From an uncultured virus (IMG/VR IMGVR_UViG_3300032562_000006) (lineage: Duplodnaviria; Heunggongvirae; Uroviricota; Caudoviricetes), in the IMG/VR virus record IMGVR_UViG_3300032562_000006: 64,000 nt of DNA. One strand, written 5' to 3'. Each line of letters starts with the position of its first letter. Position 1 is the stretch's first letter. The notes under the pieces were generated by a model, which did no database searches, was not told where the DNA came from, and saw only the letters and a list, made by a program, of their open reading frames with translations. The translations under genes and the position numbers were made by a program. This document shows positions 36,978 through 48,115 of this stretch, one piece after another.

Positions 36978-39199
36978 CTCTTGCACAGCCTGCCGGTCAG
37001 CGTACTCCGCCAGCTGGACAGATACCAGTTCCCAGTCCGGCGGAAGCTCGCTGAGCGCGACAATCGCAGCTTGCGCAAGAGACGGCTGGTCGTAACTGAA
37101 CTCGAACGTGTTCTGCCAGTCCTCGTATTCTTGCGCGATAGCGATGTAAGCTGTCATCCGGAGATCCTTCCTGCGCGCCAGCCCGCTTTCCGTCCCCCCA
37201 GACGGACGTGGTCCCGTGCTCGTAGAACTCCCGGACCATCTGCGGGAATGATGCTATGATACCATCCCGCAGCTCAGGATTGTCCAGCGCGCAGACAGTG
37301 CAGATGGAAACGAGCTCAGCTGGAAGATCATCCGGAAGCACCTGAGTCTCTTGAACCCAGATCGCCCGTTTGCACACACTGCAGTCCAGGATGATACTCC
37401 CCGGATTCCACTTCGCCATCTGGGTATTTGACGCATCCACCCGGACACACAGCCGGTATACGATGTCGTCAGGCTCGGGCTCGCTCATCTTTCCTCTTTC
37501 TGCGCTGCTGCGGCTTCCGCGCCCGGATGTCCCGTGCGCGGATGATCAACCGCAGCCTTGACTTCAGCCGTCGCCACGGATAGACTACCAGATGACGGCA
37601 TTGATAACTGACGCGATCCGGCACCGTATAGTACCCGTGCCCGATGTGATAGTGCATCGGATAGGAGCGACCGTGCTCCCAGACCGGACCCCAGCGGCAC
37701 TCGTACGGCTGAAGTGAGTCGATCCGGCGCTGCTGGAGCCACAGGCGGAGGATGGCCCGGCACGCCCGGAAGCGCGTCTGGTACATGCGCTTCCGGGCGT
37801 GCTTGCGCTGCCAGGATTTCTCGCTGTTCCTGTGACGATTACGATTGCGTCCTCTGCGCACTCAACGCCTGACGGTGATCATCTTGATCTTGCCGTTCGG
37901 CATGAGATACATCACGCGCTTCGGCTGCGCGGCGTGCAGCGCGATCTCGGCTGGAGTCAGCTCGCGGTGCGGGGTGGCTTTCTTGTTGTTCCCGCCGTGA
38001 TTGCGACCGTATCCTCTCGTGCCGCCGACTAGGTACTTTTTCTTCAAGCGCAGCTCGACTGGTTTTGCCTCGGTCATAGCCTTCCTTCCCTTGCTCGGAT
38101 GCAGCTCCAGGCTGCTGCACCGCCTCCGCAGGAGGCGGAGACGGCGCGGCAGGCTGAGTTACTGGTGCCCGTCGTATTCGGTGTACTGGTCCTCGAACCC
38201 GGGCTTCAGCGTGATCTTGATGTACTCGCCGGTATGCTCCATTTTCTTGACGGCTCCGGCGTTCTGCATCTGCTGCACGACCCTGGCCTGATCGTTGGTG
38301 AGGTAGCGCAGGTTACGGGCGACCTTGATCCTCGGCTGCCTGTCCCGGATTGCCTGGTATTCGAGGTCCTGCCTGCGCTGGCGCGGAGTTGCCTGCCTGC
38401 CACCGTCCGGCCGCTGTCCGCCGGTCAGCTTGATGCCCGCTTCCGGATGCAGCGGATCGGGGACGGACTGCAGCGCGCAGGACGGAGTGCACGGATTCCT
38501 GTGGCAGTTTCGGCAGTTCTTCTTGATTATTCCCATTCTGATTCTGCATTCCTTTCCGGCTGCTAGCTGCCGAGCGTTTCGTAGATGTCGTGATGCTGCC
38601 TGATGTACAGGAGCAGCTTCTGCCTGCTCTGCATTATGAGCCATGCATGCTCCGGCACGCCTCTCACACCGCGTTTCACGGCGATTTTATGGGCGATGAT
38701 GAGCAGTTCGGGTGCAGTCTTATCCTGCAGCTTCTGGCTGCCCGGCAGTCGTACCATTTTGTTCCTTCCTGTCAGGGACGGCCCCCGGACAGGGGCCGTC
38801 CAGCTGCATGCACACAGGTCAGATCGGGAAGTCCCCGAACGGCGTCTCGATGTCGAGCTGATCTGTCCCGGGCTCGAACGCGAGCCCGTCCCCGAGACCG
38901 ACGGCGAACTGCCCGTCCATCGGGTCGAAACCGATACCGGAGCCGATGCCGAACAGCCCCTGGTCACGCGCCAGGTCGAGCGCGATCAGCTCCCCGGTCA
39001 GTGTCCCGCAGCCTGAGCAGCGCAACTGATTGCCGCGAACTGCGTGCCCGCACCCCTGGCAGTAGAAATGTCCTTGTCCGTACATGCTTCCCTGCTTCCT
39101 GTCTAGTGCGCGTCAGCGCACCGAGCCAGGCAGCGACGCCGCAGGCCGCCGCCTGACCCGCTATGCTGACCCCGCGATCTACGCCGGGCTCAGGCTGCC

Positions 39200-39661
39200 C
39201 TAACCTGGCGGAACACCGAGCGCCTGCTTACGGGCGCAGTCCATCGCGTCGGCGATCACCGTCTGCATGAAGTGAAGAGCAGCATCCAGATCATCATGAT
39301 CCCTGGTCCGGGCGGCGTACCTGAACTTCTCCTGGATCAGCCGGGCGACCTCCGCTGCCTGCGGCGCTCGCGCAACCTGCGGGCTGTTCAGCTTCCCGCC
39401 GTCGAGCAGCTGGTTCGCCATCCCGGCGATGTCGTCATAACCGTGATCAGTGAAGTACTGCGCAGCGGCTGTGATCACATGCCGAAGCAGCGGCTGGAAC
39501 GGCTCATACATGCTGGCGGCGTTCTGCGAGCTGCTCAGGTCCCCGACCATCTCGGGGAAAATCAGCTCGATCATGTTCTTCAGGTTCACGTGGTCTACAT
39601 CCGTGAGCCTTGTGTGGTCGGGCGGCGGTAGTGCCATTATCCATTCCGGTTCCTGTGTCAT
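39200..39661 (-). CDS. Hypothetical protein
   Basis: Helical 153 aa ORF; AAGGGAA RBS; TGG-TATGCT promoter near 39706-39714. Confidence 0.55.
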   Translation of the reverse strand: MTQEPEWIMALPPPDHTRLTDVDHVNLKNMIELIFPEMVGDLSSSQNAASMYEPFQPLLRHVITAAAQYFTDHGYDDIAGMANQLLDGGKLNSPQVARAPQAAEVARLIQEKFRYAARTRDHDDLDAALHFMQTVIADAMDCARKQALGVPPG

Positions 39662-40765
39662 TCCCTTTACTTCCTTTTTGCTGGCTCCCCCGTTTGGCTG
39701 GTGCCAGCATACCACGCGGCTAGCTCTAGCGCTTACTCCGGATGCCGATCCGGATCGTGCTTCCGGAGGAACCTGATGCAGTCCTTCCTGGTAGCGATCC
39801 TGATAACCAGGTTATACGCCCGGCCGCTTCCGTACAGCTGTGAAGCAACACTGCGCACCATATCTCTCAGCTCCCTGGTTGTCAGCTGCTGTAGTTCCTC
39901 GTCAGTCACTATGGCCGTATTCGTTCACGACAATGAAGTCGGCAAGCTTTTCCATCGACATGCCGGGCAGTTCCGTCAGGACTGCGGTGTTGTCCCCTTT
40001 GAGGCCCCTTACGATGCGGACTGCTATTTTCAGCACCACCGCTTTGGGCATCGTCATCAACGCAGCACGCCGTTCTTCTTTCGGTGTCATTTCTTTCCCC
40101 TTTGATGGCTGATGGCAGATAGCCGGTAACCGGCGGCCACGCTAGCCGCACGGTACTGCTGGCGACAGCTGCAGCAAGCCGCAGCACGTCGGGCACGGGG
40201 CAGTGTACAGGTACGCACGCCGCCCTGCACCCGAGGCGCTACGGCTGCGCAGCGCGCAGCTCAACCAGCAGCTCCCGGAGATTCTGGACAGAAAGGTCGG
40301 ACAGGGCCAGCCGCTTGCTTCCCATGTGCCCCGGGATGCTTCTTCCGTTGTAGTCCACCTGCTTCCGCACGGCGGCTATCAACTCGTCCTTTGACATACT
40401 GCTGATGTCATCGTCCGCCATCAGATCTCCTGCTGTCGCTATTCGAGATTGAGAATGTTGCACACGAGCTGCTCCCTTGTCCACAGCCCGGCGCTTTCCA
40501 GCCGGTACTGGCCGCTGTCGCTGCCGCGCTGCCAGAGTGCGCTCAGCATGGCAAGCAGGTCCAGCCTGCATCGCCGTGCCAGTTCTACCGCTCGTGAACG
40601 GGCGGGCGGGGATTGCGTCATTTCCCTTCCTCATCCTCCTCCTTGACCCAGTCCGCCAGCTGGTCTTCCGTCCAGCTGACCATTTCCTGGTAGACCGGGA
40701 CGCTGATGCCGTACTTACTCCGGCACAGCATGCGCGCCGTCATAAAGAGTGCCCGGCGGGTTTCC

Positions 40766-41146
40766 TTACTCATATTCCTCCTTCCATGGTTCCACTTGCG
40801 GCAGCCGGGTGTCCGGCGGCGGCGGGGTGATGACCAGGACCTGCCTGCTGTCACGCAGGAGCGTGAGGCATTCATCGCAGATGACAACCAGCAGGCTGCG
40901 ACGGTCCGTGGTGGCTGTCGGATCCCACACGGTGGACCCGTAATTCCCCCGTGACGTGAAATTCGTGCCGCCGGATGTTGACGGGACAGGCTGGTTGCCT
41001 GGGAACGAATCCCACATCAGCTTATCACACCGGGCACATGCCGGTGCGGAATTCCGCTCGCCATACAGGTTGATCTCCGACAGCGGCGGCAGCTCAGGCA
41101 TCGGTGTCGCTCCGAGTGACGTCCCGGGGACGTATGGAACGGACAC
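40766..41146 (-). CDS. Hypothetical Zn-binding protein, paralog of 14311-14682
   Basis: CARCDK...GTNFTSRGNYGSTVWDP...ICDECL. Confidence 0.6.
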   Translation of the reverse strand: MSVPYVPGTSLGATPMPELPPLSEINLYGERNSAPACARCDKLMWDSFPGNQPVPSTSGGTNFTSRGNYGSTVWDPTATTDRRSLLVVICDECLTLLRDSRQVLVITPPPPDTRLPQVEPWKEEYE

Positions 41147-42449
41147 TCGCCAGCTTCCGGCGCAATGCGACTACCTGCTCGGAATAGTGATCGGTTATCA
41201 TCTTCTTGGCTTCCCTCAGCGGGAGGCCGTCCGGCAGGGAAGTCAGGACGATTTCCGGATCCTCCCCCTCCCGCCAGAGGACCTGGTAGTATTGCGGCAT
41301 CAGCGCCTCCGGAACACGGCCGGGCGAGTGAGCCACTCGAACGCGAGAACAAATCCCGCGAAAATGTCCGCAGCAGCGAGACACTCCATGAACAGGCGCA
41401 TGTCAGTCCTCCCGGTGAAAAACGCTGACGTGATTTTCGATAACGATCCCCCCCTGGCATCCGCATTCGAGGAGCGCGCTGCCGTGCGTGCCGCAGCCTC
41501 GGCACAGGTTCGTGAAGACGATCGCAGCGGTGCCGTGCTCGGAGCAGTGTGCCCAGGCATCTGTCCCAGCGACGAATTCACCGCTCTGGCAACCGCAGGC
41601 GGTGATGAACCGCACGAACACGGATTCTTCCTCGCGGTGCATGCGCGCCAGCGTGATGCCGTGTTCCGGGCACTTGACAGAGACAGCCATGTCATTCCTT
41701 CCTTCACAGTACCCGTTCGCGGATACCGGGCCGCCGCCGTCACCTGCGTGACGGCAGCGACCCCGCATCAGCGACTGAGGTGCTCCCGGTGCCGGGTGAT
41801 GAAGTCCCGGAGATGATCGTCATCCCAGTCGTTCATCATCGCCAGGTTCTTCTTGTAAAGATCCGAGCCGCCTTGCACGCCGTACCCGGCCGCCTCGGCA
41901 ACTAGCTGGGCGTGATTCATGCCCGCGACTGGCAGTACCTTTGCCACGTTACCTCACCTCATTTCTCACGATGAATGACTCTATCTCTTCGCGGTGCATG
42001 GCCTTCAGGTGCCGGACGATCCCCTCCGTCCAATCCAGCTGGCGTTTCTTGGCAATCTTCATCGCCCGCTCGAACAGCTCGTCATCGGTGAGCTTAGCCA
42101 GCTCTTTTGCGTTTACCATTGTTCCTTCCTGGCTACTGGCACACTTGCATTACCAGCCTAGCACTTCCTACTAAGCCGAGGGGGTGCGCAGTGCTTTCCG
42201 TAACGGTGAACCGGCCTCCTTCAACAGCGGTGAGCAGCGCGGTCCAAGATCTCTCCGCTCCCTGGACAGTGAACTGCGTCCCGGGCAGTATTTCTGATAC
42301 CCAGATTTCCAGCTCACCTGCGTCCGCCGGGATGCTGATGCGAACCTGACCCGGATCGGTGTACACTGCCGACCGGAATACGATACTGGTGCGATTGTGC
42401 GGCGGCAGCGCCGTAACCGTAATCAGTTCACTGTCGCTGGAGTGTTCTG

Positions 42450-42641
42450 TCACCGGGAGGTCGCCCACTCGGTTAGCCCTATGAGGGAGCTAGTGTTTGT
42501 CTTACGGTAGATGCCAGTCAGGAGAGCGTCGAATTCACCCGCTCGCAATCCCATGGAATGGTGTATCTGACGACGCGACATTCCGGTCACCAGGTAGCGG
42601 ATTATTTCCTCTTCCTCATCAGTCAATTCTGCATCTTTCAC
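42450..42641 (-). CDS. LuxR-type HTH protein
   Basis: LTDEEEEIIRYLVTGMSRRQI...IYRK pattern. Confidence 0.65.
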   Translation of the reverse strand: MKDAELTDEEEEIIRYLVTGMSRRQIHHSMGLRAGEFDALLTGIYRKTNTSSLIGLTEWATSR

Positions 42642-42654
42642 ATTCTGCTCCTTC

Positions 42655-43026
42655 CTAGGGCTCTAGCCGGACCTGCGCCTGGCAGAAGCTGCAGCTGATT
42701 TCCGGGCTGCCTTCTCCGGGCTTGCGAAGCTGCGGCACCTCGCACTGGCATCCGGCCATCCGCAGCAACGCCATCATGCGCCGGTCCGCCTTGGCGATCA
42801 TCCTGCCGTGCTTCCAGTACAGCGGGATGCCCGGGACTGTGAGATCCGGTACCTGGAACCGCAGGTCTACCAGATGCGATACCTCACCTGACTCGGTCAC
42901 CTGACGCACCTGGTAGACGGAGGCTGGAGTCGCCGGATTGCGCACTACCTGGTGCGCGATACGGGCAGCTTCCTGCGGCGTCTCGGCCTCGACCTGCTGA
43001 GTCCAGGTGACGGTGTAGGTTTCCAT
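42655..43026 (-). CDS. Hypothetical protein, paralog of 56933-57427
   Basis: Y.VTW...V.A.TP.EAAR.A....R.P shared N-terminus. Confidence 0.6.
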   Translation of the reverse strand: METYTVTWTQQVEAETPQEAARIAHQVVRNPATPASVYQVRQVTESGEVSHLVDLRFQVPDLTVPGIPLYWKHGRMIAKADRRMMALLRMAGCQCEVPQLRKPGEGSPEISCSFCQAQVRLEP

Positions 43027-43037
43027 TTTCCCTCCTG

Positions 43038-43790
43038 CTACTTCCTTTTCTTCAGCCGCGCGACAATCTGCATGCAGCTGATTGCCACGGACAGGAGCAC
43101 CATTATGAGGGCAAGGACAAGTTCTGTTCGTACCCAAGTCTCACCCTGGCCTAGAATACTCACACCGAGTACCCCGAGTGCTATTCCCTCGACCAGCAGC
43201 GAATCCCGTGCAGCCCTCACTGAATTGCTCAGCCAGACGTCAGCGAACGGCACCGGCGTGACTGACTCCACTCCGGTGCTGGGCATCGGAGGCAGGTCTG
43301 TCACCAGTCGCGGGAGATCCCGCACGTACACCGCGTCGTGCGCGGCGGACATGCGCCTGTCGAACTCTCCGGCGTCGAGGTGCCCGTCGGTGTACATCTC
43401 GCTGAGGAAGCTGATGTAGCGCTCTCGCTCCGCATCTCCTGCCCGGAGCGCGTTTCCCCTACTCGGGTCAGAGACGGGGACGGGGACGGGGACGAGGCCG
43501 GGAGACTCAGTCACTGGCTCCTTTCTGAGCGTCATTGTGATCACTGCTGACGAATGGCAACCGATCAGCCGGAAGGTTCTGTTCCACTCACCGGGTGGTG
43601 TCGTGTCCAGCAAGGTTCTCGTCACGATGTCGATATCGGATCTTGACGCCGGGTACCTGCTGCGCAGGCTGATCAGGTTCTCGTACAGGAGCTGCCTCAC
43701 TACTGCGTAGCTGCCTGTCCCGCCGACTTCCGCCAGCCCGACATCGGGCCTGGACGACTCCGCGTGCCAGCGGTACTGCTGCTCAGTCAT
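43038..43790 (-). CDS. DUF1707 (SHOCT-like) domain membrane protein
   Basis: LRAGDAERE...L......G.LD..EFD.R..AA......DL..L..DLP plus two C-terminal TM helices. Confidence 0.75.
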   Translation of the reverse strand: MTEQQYRWHAESSRPDVGLAEVGGTGSYAVVRQLLYENLISLRSRYPASRSDIDIVTRTLLDTTPPGEWNRTFRLIGCHSSAVITMTLRKEPVTESPGLVPVPVPVSDPSRGNALRAGDAERERYISFLSEMYTDGHLDAGEFDRRMSAAHDAVYVRDLPRLVTDLPPMPSTGVESVTPVPFADVWLSNSVRAARDSLLVEGIALGVLGVSILGQGETWVRTELVLALIMVLLSVAISCMQIVARLKKRK

Positions 43791-44081
43791 CTTCTACATC
43801 CTGGATGATGAACAGCCCCCGTTCCGGCATGACGAGCATCTTCCCCTTCCCGAGAAAGCACATCCCCTCCCGGTTAGCTGTGACGATCGCCTGGTAGGCG
43901 GCTTCGGCAGCCAGCCCGATCGCGGGCGCTTGCATCGCGTCGAGTGCCTGCTCGCGAGTGAGCCTTTTCCTTTTCTGCTGCGGCATAGCGTTCCTTCCTC
44001 CCTTTACGTGCTAGCATAGCACTCAGCAGTCCTGAATACCGGGCGCACCCCGGATCTAGGGATCCGGAGTGCACCCCGCAC

Positions 44082-44492
44082 TCAGGAACGCTTGCGGCGG
44101 ATGATGACCTCGTACTCCTGCATTTCCTCCCCGAGTGCCTGATGGCGGAAGCTGAACGACACCTTACGCCCGCCGGGGCTGAGAATGAGCTCAGTAGCGG
44201 CTCCGGTGCCTGAGAGGGTGATGCTGCTGGCCGCCACGACAGTCTGCTGCAGTCGCCCTCCCATCACGCGCAGGAAGTGCGCTTCCTGCTCTCGGAGTGC
44301 CGCACGGGCGGTCTCCCGGATCTGATCCTTCATGTCGTTACCAATCTGGTAGAGCGGTGTTGCGCCGATGAGCGCGCCGTCATCGGAGCCGGGCGGGAAC
44401 CCGACAATTGCGATCTGGCGCTGCCCGTCATCGGAGGTGACCTGCACCACCCGGATGGGCTGGCGTGAACCTGTGAGTACTGTCCCTTTCAC
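44082..44492 (-). CDS. Hypothetical protein
   Basis: AGGAAGGAAAG start motif before the GTG. Confidence 0.55.
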   Translation of the reverse strand: MKGTVLTGSRQPIRVVQVTSDDGQRQIAIVGFPPGSDDGALIGATPLYQIGNDMKDQIRETARAALREQEAHFLRVMGGRLQQTVVAASSITLSGTGAATELILSPGGRKVSFSFRHQALGEEMQEYEVIIRRKRS

Positions 44493-44529
44493 TGCTTTCC
44501 TTCCTGTTGCGGTTCCTGGCGGGTGACGC

Positions 44530-45882
44530 TCAGTCGAGCGTCATTGCCAGCTGGGCGGTCTTAGGGGCGGTGCGGAGGATAGACACGGACAGGCCCGGTA
44601 CCTGGCTCAAGCCTGCAGCATTTTCCTGGCTGCTGAGCACCAGCAGGCAGATCGGGCCGATGGCGTAGATCTCCTTCCCCTGGTAGCGGCGGGCGATCAT
44701 CGCCGATGCCCCGTCCGGGCTGTACTGGTTCCAGGCAACCGGCGCGGGGATGTCTCGCAAGTCGTTGCGGCGGGTGAGACCCGTGCACACGATCACCAGG
44801 TCGTAGCTGCGCGCTCCGACGGATGCGCTTTCCGGACCGTCCAGCGGAAACCCCTGCTGGGGGATGACGCGCAGGCGGCGAGACTCGGACTTACGGGTGG
44901 TGTCCTGCCGGGGCAGGTAGCGGGCTATCTCCATGTACCGGCCGGACAGCTCATCTGTCTTCCAGTCTTCCCGGGTGCGCGGAATGCCGTCGCCGTACCA
45001 GTCCACCTGTCGCACCCAGTCCAGCTCCGGAGTGGACATGTGCACACCAGGAGCGATCCCGAGCAGGGACTCCACCGCGCACCGGCTGGAGTTCCCGTCT
45101 CCGATCACTGCTGCGCGGCGGATGCCGCGCAACGGAAATGGCTGGGTCATCGCGTCCATGAACTCCAGGAACGTGAGGATGTTCCGGCGGCGGCTGCGAT
45201 CTGGAAGCAGGGCGCTGGAGTCGGTGCCCATGCCCCGGGCGTCGATGATGCGACGCACGCTGAACCGTTCCCCCTGCTGGAGGGTGATGTTCGTCCCCTG
45301 GTCATCTCCGTAGGACATCACTCGCCCCTTGCGCACGTCCGCGTAGGCGGCGAGCGTCATCCGAACGCACCAGCGCAGCACCGCATTGTCGGGGTACTGT
45401 CCGGAAGCGATGTGCGACGGCTGGATGACTGCTCCCGGCAGGTTGTTCAGGTTTCCGACTTCCGGGATACCCGGAGTGCCGGGCCGGTTGCGGGAGTTGA
45501 GATTGAACACCGGCATCCCGCCGCCGACTGCCCACACGCCGCCGGGGGTGCCGGACTCCCACGCTACCGGGCGCGGCTTGCCCATCGCAGCGCGGGTCGC
45601 AGCGTAAACAGCCGCGTGCGTCCCGGCTCCGATCAGGTGCTCGCGGGTCTCCAGCCCGCTGGTGCCGTAATCGCGCGACCACTCCTCATCCAGGCGCGCG
45701 TCCACGTACTCGCGAGCGGCGGGATTCATGTAGATGCCTGTGAGCTGGGCGGTCAGAGCGGACGGAAACATCTCCTGCCGCCCGAGCATCAGCACCATCT
45801 CCCGGTTCAGGAGCGGGTTGCCCGCCACGTCCCGGATGATGCTCGTGAGCAGCTCAGACGGCTCAGCCTGTGGTATGCTCAT
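44530..45882 (-). CDS. FAD/NAD(P)-binding oxidoreductase-like protein
   Basis: Two Rossmann motifs (LIGAGTHA, VIGDGNSS), IDARG.G, DLVIVCTG, IYAIG; GGAAGGAAAGG RBS. Confidence 0.7.
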   Translation of the reverse strand: MSIPQAEPSELLTSIIRDVAGNPLLNREMVLMLGRQEMFPSALTAQLTGIYMNPAAREYVDARLDEEWSRDYGTSGLETREHLIGAGTHAAVYAATRAAMGKPRPVAWESGTPGGVWAVGGGMPVFNLNSRNRPGTPGIPEVGNLNNLPGAVIQPSHIASGQYPDNAVLRWCVRMTLAAYADVRKGRVMSYGDDQGTNITLQQGERFSVRRIIDARGMGTDSSALLPDRSRRRNILTFLEFMDAMTQPFPLRGIRRAAVIGDGNSSRCAVESLLGIAPGVHMSTPELDWVRQVDWYGDGIPRTREDWKTDELSGRYMEIARYLPRQDTTRKSESRRLRVIPQQGFPLDGPESASVGARSYDLVIVCTGLTRRNDLRDIPAPVAWNQYSPDGASAMIARRYQGKEIYAIGPICLLVLSSQENAAGLSQVPGLSVSILRTAPKTAQLAMTLD

Positions 45883-46757
45883 ATGCGTACCTTTCCTTCC
45901 TCAGCGATCTTCACCGTGAAGATCACACACCGTCCAGCCAGAGGCTGGGCGGCATGTCACCGTCAGGTGACCTCGTACCTGTCGTGCTCTCGCCTCCGGA
46001 GCCAGAATATTTCCAGGGCGCCTTGAAATGGTCCGGTCCTGCCCGTCCTGTCAGCCAGCAAGAACATGATGCGGACTTCATTGACGGTGAGCCCTTGGTC
46101 CAGTAGGAACTCCTGCACCCGGTGCCGGGAACCGGCGCACCTGACTGACCTGCTATTCACGATCCTCCTTTGCGTAGTAGCGTTAAAAACTGCCAGCATA
46201 GCGGCCCGCACCCTGCTAGCGACCATGCACGCACCCCTGCGGGCGTCGCACACGGGCGCTAGCAGCTACGGGGGCGCTGGCGGCGGTGCGAGGCGCACAG
46301 GCCGGTTACCTGTATGAGATGCGCACCTCGAACTTCTCATCGTCGGTGAGATAGAACAGGTGCAGCGTCCGGCCGTCGGGGAGCGGGAAATCCTGCTGAC
46401 GGCCCTCGTTGCAGGCGGAATGCAGCAGCCAGCCCCGGTGCTGATCGACAGAGCCGCTCAGGTGACGGTCGAGATAGCTTTTGACCTCATTAAACGTTCC
46501 GGTGTACACTGGCCGTGATGACGGCATCTGCTACCTGCCTTTCAGCGTGATGGTGAAGCGATTGACGGGACTGCCCGCTATCGTCTCCTTTTTGAAAGAG
46601 ATGACCACTATCAGGCCGCCTGAGATGAAGCCATTTACGTCGCCTCTGCTCACGGCCTGATTCAGCCAGCTAGCGAGCAGATTCGGTTCCGCATCGACTG
46701 TTTTTTCCAGCCACGCCTGCGCGCTGTCACGCGGCCCGATGAAATCGGGTGAGCCGT

Positions 46758-47273
46758 TCATGACGGAGCCACCTGCACGGAGCACATCCCGCCGCACCGG
46801 CCGCAGGTCAGTTCCCCTTCGGCTGCCTCGCGGGACTCCTCGCACACCTGGCAGCCCCGGCGATTGCAGTAGCCGGTCGGATCCCCGGCGCTGTCGCAGC
46901 AGTGCGGGCACGGCTCGATCACCGGCAGTGCGCCGGATGGAGCACGCACCCCCGCCGCGATGACGTCCACGTCCGCCACGCCGGTCAGCTCCCGGATGAA
47001 CTGCGCGAGGCGGTTACCGGCCTTGAGGAGCCGATCCGCATCCGGATTGGCGACGGTGTATGCGTAGATGCTGCTCCAGTCCTGGAGCACACGCTCGATC
47101 ACCTCCGTGGACGGACGCTGCCCCTGGGACAGCCACCAGTCCGACGGAAGCGGACCTCCGTTGCGGAGGTGCTTATCGAGCCGCCGGAAGCGACTGCTGA
47201 CAATTCCCTGCGGATCTTCGCTCGCACGTTCGCGAATAAGTTCGAGCAGCTCGTCCGGATCGACGTCACTCAT
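46758..47273 (-). CDS. Hypothetical actinophage protein with C-terminal Cys clusters
   Basis: DPDELL..IR...F..LD..L..GG.LP.DW motif. Confidence 0.6.
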   Translation of the reverse strand: MSDVDPDELLELIRERASEDPQGIVSSRFRRLDKHLRNGGPLPSDWWLSQGQRPSTEVIERVLQDWSSIYAYTVANPDADRLLKAGNRLAQFIRELTGVADVDVIAAGVRAPSGALPVIEPCPHCCDSAGDPTGYCNRRGCQVCEESREAAEGELTCGRCGGMCSVQVAPS

Positions 47274-48086
47274 CGTTTTCCCTCGCTCGGACAGCAGCCT
47301 GGATAGCCTGACGCTCAGGGAGTGGCGTCCACGGCCAGTTCCCGTACCGCAGCCCGTCTACCAGGGCGAACGCCATCTCAAGTTCCAGCTGGTTGCCGCT
47401 GATGCCGTCCTTCTGCAGCTGACTGTACAAGTCCGAGCATGTCTGCTGCGCGGGACCGTCGGGGGCGTGATGCTGCAGGATCGTCAGCAGCTGGTACGAT
47501 GGACCATGTGCGTCTGTCATTTCCCTTTTCCTTCCTAGCTGGAGCTGCTCATCCGCTGGTCAGCAGCCACACGGCAGCCGATGCGATGCCGCCTGCGAAC
47601 CACATGATTTCCGCACACCCGTGCGTATCGATCGTGTAGTCGAGGCACAGCAGGAGCAGCGCTATGGAGATCGCCCGGGCCTGCCTGCGGTCCGGGCGCA
47701 ACCGTCTGAGCATGCGCATTTGTTTCCTTCCTGTGAGAGGCGGGGGGGCCGGGGCCGCCCGCCTGCACTGCCAGTGTAACAAGTCTGGCGGCTTCGCTGC
47801 TGTGCTACTTGCTAACCTGACGGGCAGTCTTCATCACATCGTCTGCCCGAGCGGCGTTGAGCAGCAGCGTCGTGAGTGCTTGCCGCAGGCGGCGTTCCGG
47901 GCCGGTGATGCGGAACCGGCCGCCGATTTCCTCGAAGTCCACCGAGGGATTCCGCTGGCGCATGACGAGGAGAGACGGAGCCCTCTGCGGCCAGACTATT
48001 TCCACTTGCAGGACGCGGAACCGAGGATCTGCCATTGTTTTCCTTCCATTGCGGCGGTGCTCAGTGCACCGCGCGGCATCCAGCCC

Positions 48087-48115
48087 TTGACAGACTGGCT
48101 GCCACGCGCTATACT
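48087..48115 (+). promoter_or_regulatory. Consensus SigA-type promoter antisense to the early genes
   Basis: TTGACA-17 nt-TATACT. Confidence 0.6.
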
